A stretch of 26,124 nucleotides of DNA from a virus (lineage: Duplodnaviria > Heunggongvirae > Uroviricota > Caudoviricetes): the IMG/VR virus record IMGVR_UViG_2698536443_000009, positions 1-26,124 of that record; one strand, 5' to 3'. Position 1 is the stretch's first letter. Each line of letters opens with the position of its first letter. The position numbers and the translations under genes were made by a program. The notes beneath the pieces are model-generated. The model was not told where the DNA came from, ran no database searches, and saw only the letters and a program-made list of their open reading frames with translations. Positions 1 to 9,812 of the stretch are shown in pieces.

Positions 1-1140
1 GGGGAAAAACGAGTATTTTTAGTCATCCTGTTTACCTCTTTCTCAGGAAGTTTAGTCTCCAGGATTCCCGGGGCGGTTCACATCATTAGCTGGAAGAAGT
101 CTCCTTTCTTTCCGAACCTTGTTGATCACCTTCTGGTTAAGCATCACACGGCTGATGGCGTTGAAGATGGCATTTCAATCTGCTACTTCAAGCCATACTC
201 GCAAGGCCGCGCTCGCTGGCAGGGTGACACAATCCACGGTGTGTGGTTTGACGAAGAGCCACCATACAGCATTTATGGCGAAGGGCTTACCCGTACCAAC
301 AAATACGGTCAATTCTCAATTCTGACGTTTACCCCGCTGATGGGGATGTCTGACGTTGTTACCAAGTTCCTGAAGAATCCCAGCAAGTCGCAGAAAGTGG
401 TCAACATGACCATCTATGACGCTGAGCACTATACCGACGAGCAGAAAGAGCAAATCATCGCATCCTATCCTGAGCATGAGAGAGAGGCGCGTGCTCGCGG
501 TATTCCTACGATGGGTAGCGGTCGAATCTTCCAGATACCGGAAGAGACGATTAAGTGTCAGCCGTTCGAGTGTCCTGATCACTTCTACGTCATCAATGCA
601 ATGGACTTCGGATGGGATCACCCACAGGCACACATCCAGCTTTGGTGGGATAAAGACGAGGACGTGATTTATCTTTCTCGCGTCTGGAAGGCCAAACAGA
701 AGAAGGCGACAGAGGCATGGAGTGCTGTTAAAGCATGGAGCAAAAACACCCCTACGGCTTGGCCTCATGACGGGCATCAGCACGAAAAGGGAGGCGGCGC
801 TCAGCTCAAGGAACAATACGCCGACGCTGGGTTCGACATGTTGCCAGATCATGCAACATGGCCTGATGGAGGTAATGCGGTCGAACCCGGGATAGCAGAG
901 ATACGCGACATGATGCTCGACGGTCGTTTCAAGGTATTTAACACCTGCGAGCCATTCTTTGAAGAGTTTCGCCTGTATCACCGCGATGAGAACGGGAAGA
1001 TCGTCAAGCTAAATGACGACATCCTTTCTGCTGTTCGCTATGGCTACATGATGAGGCGTTTTGCAATACAGATGCGAGACATCAAAGATCCTAAAGAGAT
1101 TGATTACTCAAGCTACAACATACCTTGCGGAGTTGGATGA
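1..1140 (+). CDS. Terminase large subunit, C-terminal part (frame open from window position 1; N-terminus outside the window)
   Basis: Frame 1 is open from base 1 to the TGA at 1138-1140. It lies directly upstream of the portal gene with an overlapping stop/start. The assignment rests mainly on this synteny (large terminase precedes portal in P22-like phages). Confidence 0.75.
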   Translation, partial: GEKRVFLVILFTSFSGSLVSRIPGAVHIISWKKSPFFPNLVDHLLVKHHTADGVEDGISICYFKPYSQGRARWQGDTIHGVWFDEEPPYSIYGEGLTRTNKYGQFSILTFTPLMGMSDVVTKFLKNPSKSQKVVNMTIYDAEHYTDEQKEQIIASYPEHEREARARGIPTMGSGRIFQIPEETIKCQPFECPDHFYVINAMDFGWDHPQAHIQLWWDKDEDVIYLSRVWKAKQKKATEAWSAVKAWSKNTPTAWPHDGHQHEKGGGAQLKEQYADAGFDMLPDHATWPDGGNAVEPGIAEIRDMMLDGRFKVFNTCEPFFEEFRLYHRDENGKIVKLNDDILSAVRYGYMMRRFAIQMRDIKDPKEIDYSSYNIPCGVG

Positions 1141-3341
1141 TGGCTGATGATAGAAAGATGACTGACTGGCATCGCAAGGTGCTGTGCAACTTTGATAATG
1201 CCTGGTCAGCAACGCAGGATATGCGTGAGCAGATTATTGAGGCTCAACGTTTCGTCCGGGTATCCGGCGCACAGTGGGAAGGCAGCACAAACGCTGGTTA
1301 CTCATTTGATGAAGGAAGGTTTGAGCATTACCCGCGCTTTGAACTGAATAAGATTGCCCGTGAATGTGATCGCATCATTGGCGAGTATCGACAGAATCGC
1401 ATCAGCGTTAAATTCAGGCCGAAGGACGATAAGGCATCGGAAGCGTTAGCCGAAAAGATGAACGGCAAATTCCGCGCTGACTATCAGGAAACATCCGGTG
1501 GCGAAGCGTGTGATAACGCATTTGATGATGCTGTAACGGGCGGATTCGGTTGTTTCCGCATGTGTGCCGATTACGAAGATGAAATGGATCCTAGTAACGA
1601 GCAGCGACGCATCAGCCTTCTTCCTGTTTACGACCCAGCGACATGCGTCTTCTTCGATCAGGACAGCAAGCAATATGACCGCTCTGATGCTATGTGGGCT
1701 ATGGAAATGTTCTCCATGACGCCTAAAGCGTTCGAGGCTGAATACCCTGATTCCATCGCGGCAAGCCTTTCTCGTGATGACACTGGCACTCAATATGACT
1801 GGTCAACGCCAGATGCCATCTATGTTGGTCGCTACTACGAAGTTCGCATAGAGAAGGTGAAGCTCACGGCATGGCGCAACCCTGTTAGCGGAGAAACGGC
1901 AATCTATGATGAAGAGCAAATCAAAGATATTGTCGACGAGCTGACCGATGGCGCATTCGAACTGATTGGTGAGCGGACAGTGAAGAAACGCAGAGTTTAT
2001 TGCGGTCTTCTGTCTGGCGCTGAATGGCTGGAAGAACCGAAGCGTATTCCGGGCGAACACATTCCTCTCATCCCGGTATATGGGCGTCGCTCATTTGTTG
2101 ATAATCAGGAGCGAATAGAAGGCCACGCAGCAAAAGCGATGGATGCACAGCGTCTTGAGAACCTGATGGTTTCCATGATTGCAGATAACGCTACTCAGGC
2201 TGGCGGTGATGGCATTCCTGTAGTTGATGTTGACATGATTCCTGGTCCTCTTGCCACTCATTGGGCGGAGCGCAACAAAAAGCGCCCGGCGTTCCTGCCG
2301 ATGGTCAGTCTGAAAAACAAAAACGGAGATATTACTGCGCAGGCTCAGGTCAGCAGTTATACACCTCCGACACAAATGCCGCCAGCTCTTGCCGGGCTAT
2401 TGCAGTACACCGGAACGGCTATTCAGCAAATTACAGGTGCGTCGCAACTTGAGAACATGCCGAGCAACGTCGCTACCGATACCGTTGATAGCATCTTTAA
2501 CCGGATGGACACGCAGTCCTATATCTACATGGACAACATGACTAAATCCATGCGTCGCGCTGGCGTTGTGTGGCTTTCTATGGCTCGTGAAGTCTATGGC
2601 AGTGATACGCCGATGCGTATCGTTAATGAGGACGGCAGCGATGACGTGGCGCTGATGACTGGTGAAGTGGTTGACCGTCAGACAGGGCAGGTTATCGCGC
2701 TTAACGACCTTTCGCAGGGTAACTATGAAGTGACTGTCGATGTCGGTCAGTCGTTCGCTACTCGCCGTGACGCAACGGTTAAGTCGTTACTTTCCATGCT
2801 TGCACTTATCCCACCAGGAACGCCGAAGCACGACCTTGTATCGTCGATGATTCTCGACAATATGGACGGCGAAGGGATGGGCGACCTTAAAGAATACAAC
2901 CGCAATCAGTTGCTTCTGTCTGGAGTTATCAAGCCGAGAACACCAGAAGAACAGCAGATGGTTGAGCAGGCGAAACAACAACAGGCCAGTCAGCCAGATC
3001 CGGCTATGGTTGCAGCGCAAGGTCAGCTTCTTGCAGGTCAGGCTGAATTGCAGAAAGCGCAGAACGAACAGGCAGCCATTCAGGTTAAAGCATTCCAGGC
3101 ACAGACTGATGCTCAGGTTGCAGCGGCAAACGTTGTGAAAATCCTCGCATCTGCCGATAGTCAGCAGAAATCTGATATCCGCGAGGCTCTGAAACTGCTC
3201 GGACAGTTCCAGCAACAGCAAGGAGACAATGCCCGTGCTGATGCAGAGCTTGTCCTGAAGAGTCAGGCGCAGGGCCATGCGCAGCGCATGGACATCAACA
3301 GCATCCTGCAAAAATCAACTCAGCAACAACCACAGCAGTAA
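1140..3341 (+). CDS. Portal protein (P22 gp1-like), about 733 aa
   Basis: Size matches the P22 portal (725 aa). The Q/A-rich C-terminal tail (EEQQMVEQAKQQQ...AQGQLLAGQAELQKAQNEQ...RMDINSILQKSTQQQPQQ) resembles the P22 portal C-terminal barrel. The track ORF begins at a TTG at 1125; ATGs at 1137 and 1140 (MADDRK) overlap the terminase stop, so the true start is probably one of those. Confidence 0.9.
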   Translation: MADDRKMTDWHRKVLCNFDNAWSATQDMREQIIEAQRFVRVSGAQWEGSTNAGYSFDEGRFEHYPRFELNKIARECDRIIGEYRQNRISVKFRPKDDKASEALAEKMNGKFRADYQETSGGEACDNAFDDAVTGGFGCFRMCADYEDEMDPSNEQRRISLLPVYDPATCVFFDQDSKQYDRSDAMWAMEMFSMTPKAFEAEYPDSIAASLSRDDTGTQYDWSTPDAIYVGRYYEVRIEKVKLTAWRNPVSGETAIYDEEQIKDIVDELTDGAFELIGERTVKKRRVYCGLLSGAEWLEEPKRIPGEHIPLIPVYGRRSFVDNQERIEGHAAKAMDAQRLENLMVSMIADNATQAGGDGIPVVDVDMIPGPLATHWAERNKKRPAFLPMVSLKNKNGDITAQAQVSSYTPPTQMPPALAGLLQYTGTAIQQITGASQLENMPSNVATDTVDSIFNRMDTQSYIYMDNMTKSMRRAGVVWLSMAREVYGSDTPMRIVNEDGSDDVALMTGEVVDRQTGQVIALNDLSQGNYEVTVDVGQSFATRRDATVKSLLSMLALIPPGTPKHDLVSSMILDNMDGEGMGDLKEYNRNQLLLSGVIKPRTPEEQQMVEQAKQQQASQPDPAMVAAQGQLLAGQAELQKAQNEQAAIQVKAFQAQTDAQVAAANVVKILASADSQQKSDIREALKLLGQFQQQQGDNARADAELVLKSQAQGHAQRMDINSILQKSTQQQPQQ

Positions 3342-3431
3342 TTAACCCATAACGTGCAATGGCTGTCTTTATGAGGCCTGGCACCCTATTGCCTTCCGAT
3401 GGGCTGAACATCGAGTAAACAGGGGTAACAA

Positions 3432-4325
3432 ATGGACCAGATGGCAGAAAACACACCAGAAGTTGAAATCGAAACCGATACATCAGAGCAGATTCCTGAT
3501 GATGTCGAACTGGCTGAAGAAGTCGAAACAGAAGATGGCAGTGAGTCCTCCGGCAATGATGCAGAGGAAGCTACTGAAACTGATGACGACGAATCAGAGC
3601 AGGAATTCTACTTTGGTGATGAAAAGCTGGATTCGCCAACCAGCGAAGATAGCGCAGAGCATGGACTGGTAAAACACCTGCGCAAGACGATTAAAGAGAA
3701 AGACCGTGAGCTGAAAGAGCTGATGCGTCAGTCTCAGAAACCCGTCGAGCAGCAGCCGGTAATCACTCAACCACCGCGAATGCCAAAACTGGATGATGAG
3801 GACATCGGTTTCGATGAAGAAATCTACCAGCAACGCATGGCTAAGTGGGCAGAGGATAACGGCAAATACCAGGAGCAAGTACGAGAGCGGAAACGAGAGG
3901 AAGAGGCGCGTACCGCAACGCTTCAGCAGAAAGCAGCCAATTACATGCAGAGAGTAAAAGCACTGAAAGTGGCTGGCTACCAGGATGCAGAACAGGCTGT
4001 ACGCGAAGATGTTCCTGTTCATATTCAGGACATGATCCTTCTTGAGTCAGAGAAGCCGGAAATCGTTGTTCTGGCGCTTGGTCGCAACGCTGAACTGCGC
4101 AAGCAACTGGCAGAAGCTACCAACCCCGTAGCAATTGGTCGTCTGCTGGAACGTATCGAATCGAAGGCCAGAATCATGCCAAAAGCAAAAACCACGGCAG
4201 CCACAACCCCGACAGTTAAGGGGAGCAACGGCGCAGTAATCAATAACCTCGACAAACTGAAAGCCAAGGCGCTGGAAACTGGTGACTGGACGCCGTATTT
4301 CGCCGCTAAAAAGGCAAAAAAATAA
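3432..4325 (+). CDS. Scaffolding protein (P22 gp8-like)
   Basis: 297 aa with a strongly acidic N-terminus, a charged helical middle and a basic C-terminal end (KLKAKALETGDWTPYFAAKKAKK). It sits between portal and coat, as P22 gp8 (303 aa) does. RBS AGGGG upstream. Confidence 0.8.
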   Translation: MDQMAENTPEVEIETDTSEQIPDDVELAEEVETEDGSESSGNDAEEATETDDDESEQEFYFGDEKLDSPTSEDSAEHGLVKHLRKTIKEKDRELKELMRQSQKPVEQQPVITQPPRMPKLDDEDIGFDEEIYQQRMAKWAEDNGKYQEQVRERKREEEARTATLQQKAANYMQRVKALKVAGYQDAEQAVREDVPVHIQDMILLESEKPEIVVLALGRNAELRKQLAEATNPVAIGRLLERIESKARIMPKAKTTAATTPTVKGSNGAVINNLDKLKAKALETGDWTPYFAAKKAKK

Positions 4326-4343
4326 CCTATCGGAGCATTAAGC

Positions 4344-5597
4344 ATGGCTAACCAATTAGCAAAAGACCTTGAAATCATGTTCGAAAACTACGTTGAAGGC
4401 TTTGAGGCCGCCTGCGTAGTTTCCCGTAACGCTAAAAAATTCCGTCCAGGTGATACAGCAATGCAGCGAGCAGGTGATGTTCTGTATCGTCCGCAGCATT
4501 ACCACATGAACATTGAGGAAGGCCTAGACCTCAGCGGCAAAACGCCAACAGCACTGGTTCAGCGCCTTGTTCCTTCTGTGTTCAAGGAGCCGAAAAACAT
4601 TCTGTACACTCTGGATGCGCGTGAAATGCGTGACCCGGAACATAAAACTGAAGCTGGTCGCGCCGCAGGTATGCGCCTTGCTGCACAGATTGACTCTGAC
4701 CTGATTTCCATGGTCACGCAGCGTGCTACTAACGTGATCACAATGGCTGACTCAACCACAGGCACACAGGGACGTGATTTGTGGAACTGTGCGGCAGGTA
4801 TTGATGCCACCATGACGGCGATTGGTGTACCTCAGGGTATCAACCGTCGCTCTTTCTGGAACCCCTTCAACTATAAAGACCTTGCTGGCGAGCTTGGTCA
4901 CCGTGCTTATGCTCAGGGCGCAACCCTGACAGCATACGAAAAAGCGCAGATCCCTCCGGTTGCTTCCTTTGATAGCTACAAGACCGATATTTCTGGTCGT
5001 GTTCCGAAAGGGACAGCAACTTCCATTACGCTGGCAGCAGCACCTGCGCACAAAGTTGAAGCGAAAGATGCTAACGATATGCCAGTTGATAACCGACAGG
5101 GGACCATTACGGTATCTGCATCTGGTTTGCAGGTTGGCGATGCGTTCACTATTGCTGGCGTGAATTCCGTACACCAGATCACAAAAGATACCACCGGTCA
5201 ACCGCAGGTATTCCGTGTTCTGGCAGTTAGCGGAACGACAGTAACTATCTCCCCGAAAATTCTGCCGCCTGACAACGCGGATGTCGCCAGCCGTCCATAT
5301 GCAAACGTTGATGCTAATGCGGCAAGTAGCGCAGCAATCACCATTCTCAACAAAAATGCCGCACCGGCTAACCTGTTCTGGGCTGATGGTTCTGTTGAAC
5401 TGATGTACGGCAAACTGGCGTTCCCGACTGGTCAGGGTCCACAGGTAATGACAGCAACCACCGAGCAGGGCGCTACGCTGATCATGTCTTACGCCTTCGA
5501 CCACATCAAAGGCGTAACCACTGCGCGTTTCACCACTCTGTACGGTTGCTCTGTACTGGTTCCTGAATATACGGGCATCGTTATTGCCGGGCAGTAA
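4344..5597 (+). CDS. Major capsid (coat) protein, P22 gp5-like
   Basis: 417 aa (P22 coat is 430 aa), positioned after the scaffold gene. Motifs such as FWADGSVEL parallel P22 FWADDAIRI. GGAG RBS 8 nt upstream of the ATG. Confidence 0.9.
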   Translation: MANQLAKDLEIMFENYVEGFEAACVVSRNAKKFRPGDTAMQRAGDVLYRPQHYHMNIEEGLDLSGKTPTALVQRLVPSVFKEPKNILYTLDAREMRDPEHKTEAGRAAGMRLAAQIDSDLISMVTQRATNVITMADSTTGTQGRDLWNCAAGIDATMTAIGVPQGINRRSFWNPFNYKDLAGELGHRAYAQGATLTAYEKAQIPPVASFDSYKTDISGRVPKGTATSITLAAAPAHKVEAKDANDMPVDNRQGTITVSASGLQVGDAFTIAGVNSVHQITKDTTGQPQVFRVLAVSGTTVTISPKILPPDNADVASRPYANVDANAASSAAITILNKNAAPANLFWADGSVELMYGKLAFPTGQGPQVMTATTEQGATLIMSYAFDHIKGVTTARFTTLYGCSVLVPEYTGIVIAGQ

Positions 5598-5603
5598 TTT
5601 AGG

Positions 5604-5627
5604 TGGGGCTTCGGCCCCATTTTTATT
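5604..5627 (+). terminator. Intrinsic terminator-like hairpin directly after the coat gene (GGGGC-UUCG-GCCCC followed by TTTTTATT)
   Basis: Seen directly: tGGGGC ttcg GCCCCa at 5604-5619 followed by a T-run at 5620-5627, starting 7 nt after the coat stop codon. Confidence 0.65.
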
Positions 5628-5638
5628 GGGAGAAGACA

Positions 5639-5827
5639 ATGGCACGAACAATGCTCTATAAGCCGGGCAACATGATCACCTGTGGTCAGTTTGCTGTCGA
5701 TTACATCATTGTTGATGACGAAGAAGTTAAATCTCACCTGAAAAAAGGTTGGGTAAAAACTCCTGAAGAAACCGCAACGAAGCAAAAAGTGGCTAAGGCG
5801 GAAGAAGATGGCGAAAACGAAGGGTGA
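5639..5827 (+). CDS. Small hypothetical protein (62 aa) between coat and gp4-like gene
   Basis: The track ORF 5603..5827 starts inside the terminator hairpin. The internal ATG at 5639 (MARTMLYKPGN...) is preceded by GGGAGAAG and is the more plausible start. Its 3-prime end overlaps the next gene by 20 nt. No function recognised. Confidence 0.5.
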   Translation: MARTMLYKPGNMITCGQFAVDYIIVDDEEVKSHLKKGWVKTPEETATKQKVAKAEEDGENEG

Positions 5828-6269
5828 TCTCGTTCTAAAGGCTTTACGAAAAGCCGGGCTGTATTCCAATGCCACGTTGACAGATGCTGACCCTCAGGCA
5901 ATTGAAGATGCCATTAATGACCTCGAAGACATGATGGCAGCATGGCAGGCGAAAGGTATCGAGCTTGGATATCAGTTTGCTGATACAGAAAACGGCATCA
6001 TGCCGTTACCTGACGATGATTCAGGTATCCCTGCATGGGCAAATGATGGCGTCGCTTTGAAACTCGCTGTGCAAGTGTGCATGGATAACGTCATTCATCC
6101 GTCAGACGCTCTCCTTACCGCTGCTGACAGTGCATATCAGACAATCTGTATCGCTTTAACCAAAATACCACCACTTGAGCGGCGAAATGACATGCCTCGC
6201 GGTAGTGGTAACAAAAGCGCGTTTACGTGGAATCGGTTTTACATCGAGAAAGATGATCCGAGTACGTGA
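5808..6269 (+). CDS. Head completion / tail adaptor protein, P22 gp4-like
   Basis: 153 aa. The N-terminus KTKGDLVLKALRKAGL..ATLTDADPQAIEDAINDLEDMMAAWQ parallels P22 gp4 ([41 protein letters not shown]); the C-terminal GSGN motif is also shared. Confidence 0.8.
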   Translation: MAKTKGDLVLKALRKAGLYSNATLTDADPQAIEDAINDLEDMMAAWQAKGIELGYQFADTENGIMPLPDDDSGIPAWANDGVALKLAVQVCMDNVIHPSDALLTAADSAYQTICIALTKIPPLERRNDMPRGSGNKSAFTWNRFYIEKDDPST

Positions 6270-6278
6270 GGTGAATAA

Positions 6279-7697
6279 ATGCCGATTCAGCAACTTCCGC
6301 TTATGAAAGGTGTCGGCAAAGACTTTCGAAACGCCGACTATATCGACTATCTGCCAGTGAATATGTTGGCTACACCCAAAGAAATCCTCAACAGCAGCGG
6401 ATATCTTCGCTCATTCCCGGGCATTGCCAAACGTTCTGATGTGAACGGTGTATCTCGAGGCGTCGAGTACAACATGGCGCAGAATGCTGTCTATCGTGTG
6501 TGTGGCGGCAAGCTCTACAAAGGCGAAAGCGAAGTCGGTGATGTTGCCGGAAGTGGTCGCGTATCAATGGCGCATGGTCGAACATCACAGGCGGTAGGCG
6601 TTAATGGTCAACTGGTCGAGTATCGCTATGATGGTACGGTTAAAACCGTCTCAAACTGGCCTACAGACAGCGGATTCACGCAGTATGAGTTAGGCTCAGT
6701 CCGCGATATTACGCGCTTACGTGGGCGTTATGCGTGGTCAAAAGACGGAACTGATTCATGGTTTATCACTGACCTTGAAGACGAATCACATCCTGACCGA
6801 TACAGCGCACAATATCGTGCAGAATCGCAGCCTGACGGCATCATCGGCATCGGAACATGGCGAGACTTCATCGTCTGCTTTGGCTCATCGACGATTGAAT
6901 ATTTCTCCCTGACGGGCGCAACCACTGTTGGTGCCGCTTTGTATGTCGCCCAGCCATCGTTGATGGTGCAAAAAGGAATCGCCGGAACTTACTGCAAAAC
7001 GCCGTTTGCTGATTCCTATGCGTTCATCAGCAATCCGGCAACAGGTGCGCCGTCTGTGTATATCATCGGCTCCGGCCAGGTATCACCAATCGCCAGCGCG
7101 AGCATTGAGAAAATTCTCCGCTCCTACACTGCTGATGAACTGGCTGATGGTGTGATGGAGTCTCTGCGATTTGATGCGCATGAGCTGCTGATTATCCATC
7201 TTCCGCGCCATGTTCTCGTGTACGACGCATCTTCAAGCGCCAATGGTCCGCAATGGTGTGTGCTGAAAACAGGCCTGTATGACGATGTGTACCGCGCTAT
7301 CGACTTCATTTACGAAGGCAATCAGATAACGTGCGGCGATAAGCTGGAATCCGTGACCGGGAAACTGCAATTCGATATCAGCAGCCAGTATGACAAGCAG
7401 CAGGAACACCTGCTGTTTACTCCACTCTTCAAAGCAGATAACGCCAGATGCTTTGATCTGGAGGTGGAATCATCGACGGGTGTTGCTCAGTACGCTGACC
7501 GCCTTTTTCTCTCTGCAACCACTGACGGCATAAATTACGGACGTGAGCAGATGATTGAGCAGAATGAACCGTTCATTTACGACAAACGCGTTTTGTGGAA
7601 GCGTGTCGGGCGCATCAGGAAAAATGTCGGCTTCAAACTTCGCGTTATCACGAAGTCACCTGTCACTCTGTCTGGCGCTCAGATAAGGATTGAGTAA
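6279..7697 (+). CDS. Tail hub protein, P22 gp10-like
   Basis: 472 aa, the same length as P22 gp10, located between the gp4-like and gp26-like genes. Identification is by synteny and size. Confidence 0.75.
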   Translation: MPIQQLPLMKGVGKDFRNADYIDYLPVNMLATPKEILNSSGYLRSFPGIAKRSDVNGVSRGVEYNMAQNAVYRVCGGKLYKGESEVGDVAGSGRVSMAHGRTSQAVGVNGQLVEYRYDGTVKTVSNWPTDSGFTQYELGSVRDITRLRGRYAWSKDGTDSWFITDLEDESHPDRYSAQYRAESQPDGIIGIGTWRDFIVCFGSSTIEYFSLTGATTVGAALYVAQPSLMVQKGIAGTYCKTPFADSYAFISNPATGAPSVYIIGSGQVSPIASASIEKILRSYTADELADGVMESLRFDAHELLIIHLPRHVLVYDASSSANGPQWCVLKTGLYDDVYRAIDFIYEGNQITCGDKLESVTGKLQFDISSQYDKQQEHLLFTPLFKADNARCFDLEVESSTGVAQYADRLFLSATTDGINYGREQMIEQNEPFIYDKRVLWKRVGRIRKNVGFKLRVITKSPVTLSGAQIRIE

Positions 7698-8650
7698 TGG
7701 CGGATTCGAATCTCAATGTGCCGGTAATCATTCAGGCTACACGGCTCGACACATCAATCCTTCCACGCAATATCTTCTCGCAGTCGTATCTGCTTTACGT
7801 TATCGCACAGGGTACTGATGTTGGTAACGTGGCTAACAAGGCCAACGAAGCAGGGAAGGGGGCTTATGATGCACAGGTGAAGAATGATGAGCAGGATGTC
7901 ACCCTTGCAGACCATGAATCCAGAATTGAAGCTGCTGAAGCAACTCTCATCAATCATGAACATAGAATTGCAGCAGCGGAAAGCACTCTTGCAGAACATG
8001 AAACAAGGATTACGGCTGCTGAAACAGAGCTGGCTGATCACGAGACGCGAATTGCTGCCAATGAATCTGAGTTAGCAAACCATGATGCGCGCATAACTCA
8101 GAATACAACCGATATCGACGCACTTGATACCAGGCTCACAGCGGCAGAGGGAAGTATTTCGACGCTACAAAGCACAGCTGGTGATCACTCAACAAGAATA
8201 TCTGCGCTTGAGTATGCCACCACGCGCAAGAAATCAGAGGTTGTTTACTCAGGGGTATCGGTAACAATTCCGACAGCGCCTACCAACCTTGTTAGTCTGC
8301 TGAAAACGCTCACGCCGTCATCCGGCACGCTGGCACCATTCTTCGACACCGTTAACAACAAGATGGTTGTGTTCAACGAGAACAAAACCTTGTTCTTCAA
8401 GCTGTCGATCGTCGGGACGTGGCCCAGCGGAACCGCCAACAGGTCAATGCAACTAACATTTTCCGGCTCTGTTCCTGACACACTGGTAAGCAGTCGCAAC
8501 TCGGCGACAACGACCGATAACATCCTGTTAGCTACGTTCTTCAGCGTGGATAAAGACGGCTTTCTTGCCACAAATGGCAGCACGTTAACCATTCAGTCAA
8601 ATGGTGCGGCGTTTACTGCCACAACCATCAAGATAATCGCGGAGCAGTAA
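7697..8650 (+). CDS. Tail needle protein, P22 gp26-like, with extended C-terminal domain
   Basis: The N-terminus [43 protein letters not shown]...[14 protein letters not shown] is near-identical in pattern to the P22 gp26 N-terminus. It is followed by coiled-coil heptad repeats and a about 150 aa C-terminal domain absent from P22 gp26 (233 aa). Confidence 0.85.
   Translation: MADSNLNVPVIIQATRLDTSILPRNIFSQSYLLYVIAQGTDVGNVANKANEAGKGAYDAQVKNDEQDVTLADHESRIEAAEATLINHEHRIAAAESTLAEHETRITAAETELADHETRIAANESELANHDARITQNTTDIDALDTRLTAAEGSISTLQSTAGDHSTRISALEYATTRKKSEVVYSGVSVTIPTAPTNLVSLLKTLTPSSGTLAPFFDTVNNKMVVFNENKTLFFKLSIVGTWPSGTANRSMQLTFSGSVPDTLVSSRNSATTTDNILLATFFSVDKDGFLATNGSTLTIQSNGAAFTATTIKIIAEQ
7901..8110 (+). 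repeat. Five imperfect tandem 42-nt (14-aa) repeats encoding the coiled-coil core of the tail needle
   Basis: Translated units [14 protein letters not shown] / [14 protein letters not shown] / [14 protein letters not shown] / [14 protein letters not shown] / [14 protein letters not shown], read directly from the ORF. Confidence 0.55.
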
Positions 8651-9105
8651 TGATTCAGTTCAAACCAACGCGAAACATCGACCTGATCGAAGCTGTCGGA
8701 AATCACCCTGACATTATTGCCGGAAGCAACAACGGTGATGGATACGACTACAAGCCTGAATGCCGTTACTTTGAGGTTAACGTGTACGGTCAGTTTGGCG
8801 GCATTGTTTACTATCAGGAAATTCAGCCGCTTACATTCGATTGCCACGCCATGTACCTGCCAGAGGTTCGTGGATTCAGCAAGGAAATCGGGCTGGCGTT
8901 CTGGCGATACATTCTGACTAACACCACCGTTCAGTGCGTCACATCGTTCGCTGCGCGCAAATTCCGCCACGGTCAGATGTACTGCGCAATGATTGGCCTT
9001 AAGCGTGTAGGAACCATCAAGAAATACTTCAAAGGCGTGGATGACGTGACGTTTTACAGCGCCACACGCGAAGAACTAATCGACTTCCTGAATCACGGGA
9101 GATAG
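8650..9105 (+). CDS. gp14-like protein (position of P22 gene 14)
   Basis: 151 aa ORF between the tail needle and ejection-protein genes; its ATG overlaps the preceding stop (TAATG). Assignment is by synteny only. Confidence 0.55.
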   Translation: MIQFKPTRNIDLIEAVGNHPDIIAGSNNGDGYDYKPECRYFEVNVYGQFGGIVYYQEIQPLTFDCHAMYLPEVRGFSKEIGLAFWRYILTNTTVQCVTSFAARKFRHGQMYCAMIGLKRVGTIKKYFKGVDDVTFYSATREELIDFLNHGR

Positions 9106-9107
9106 CT

Positions 9108-9803
9108 ATGTTATATGCATTTAAGCTGGGCAGAAAACTGCGCGGCGAGGAACCTTATTGCCCTGAAAAAGGCGGGAAAGGTGGCAGCTCTGATAAAAGC
9201 GCAAAGTATGCCGCAGAAGCTCAGAAGTATGACGCAGACCTGCAAAATAAACAGTGGCAGACGATCATGAAAAACCTTGCTCCGTTCACGCCGCTTGCGG
9301 AGCAGTATGTTAACCAGCTTCAGAATCTTTCCAGTTTAGAAGGACAGGGGCAGGCACTTAATCAGTATTACAACTCTCAGCAGTATAAAGACCTTGCAGG
9401 TCAGGCGCGTTACCAGAGTCTTGCTGCTGCGGAGGCGACGGGAGGACTTGGCTCGACAGCCACAAGCAATCAACTGGCCACGATTGCCCCGACTCTCGGT
9501 CAGTCGTGGTTGTCGAACCAGATGAGCAACTACAACAATCTGGCAAACATTGGCCTTGGTGCGCTGCAAGGTCAGGCGAACGCCGGGCAGACATACGCCA
9601 ACAACATGAGCAGCATTGCGCAGCAAAGCGCAGCTCTTGCCGCTGCTAATGCCAATAAACCATCAGGCCTTCAGACAGCAATTAGCGGCGGAGCTTCAGG
9701 GGCTATGACTGGCGCTGCTCTTGGCTCTATTGTTCCCGGGCTTGGCACTGGATTAGGTGCGGCAATTGGCGGCGGACTTGGCCTGCTTGGCTCGTTGTTT
9801 TAA
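9108..9803 (+). CDS. Ejection (internal head) protein, P22 gp7-like
   Basis: 231 aa (P22 gp7 is 229 aa), first of three consecutive ejection-protein genes, with a Gly/Ala-rich hydrophobic C-terminus. RBS GGGAGA. Confidence 0.7.
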   Translation: MLYAFKLGRKLRGEEPYCPEKGGKGGSSDKSAKYAAEAQKYDADLQNKQWQTIMKNLAPFTPLAEQYVNQLQNLSSLEGQGQALNQYYNSQQYKDLAGQARYQSLAAAEATGGLGSTATSNQLATIAPTLGQSWLSNQMSNYNNLANIGLGALQGQANAGQTYANNMSSIAQQSAALAAANANKPSGLQTAISGGASGAMTGAALGSIVPGLGTGLGAAIGGGLGLLGSLF

Positions 9804-9812
9804 GGGGTAATC

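Noticed and set aside
316-981. 221-aa minus-strand ORF overlapping the terminase gene
   Set aside because: It is entirely antisense to a well-supported terminase coding region and has W/R/C-rich, low-complexity composition typical of shadow ORFs.
4752-5651. 299-aa minus-strand ORF overlapping the coat gene
   Set aside because: Antisense to the coat gene; Cys/Arg-rich composition and no RBS context; shadow ORF.
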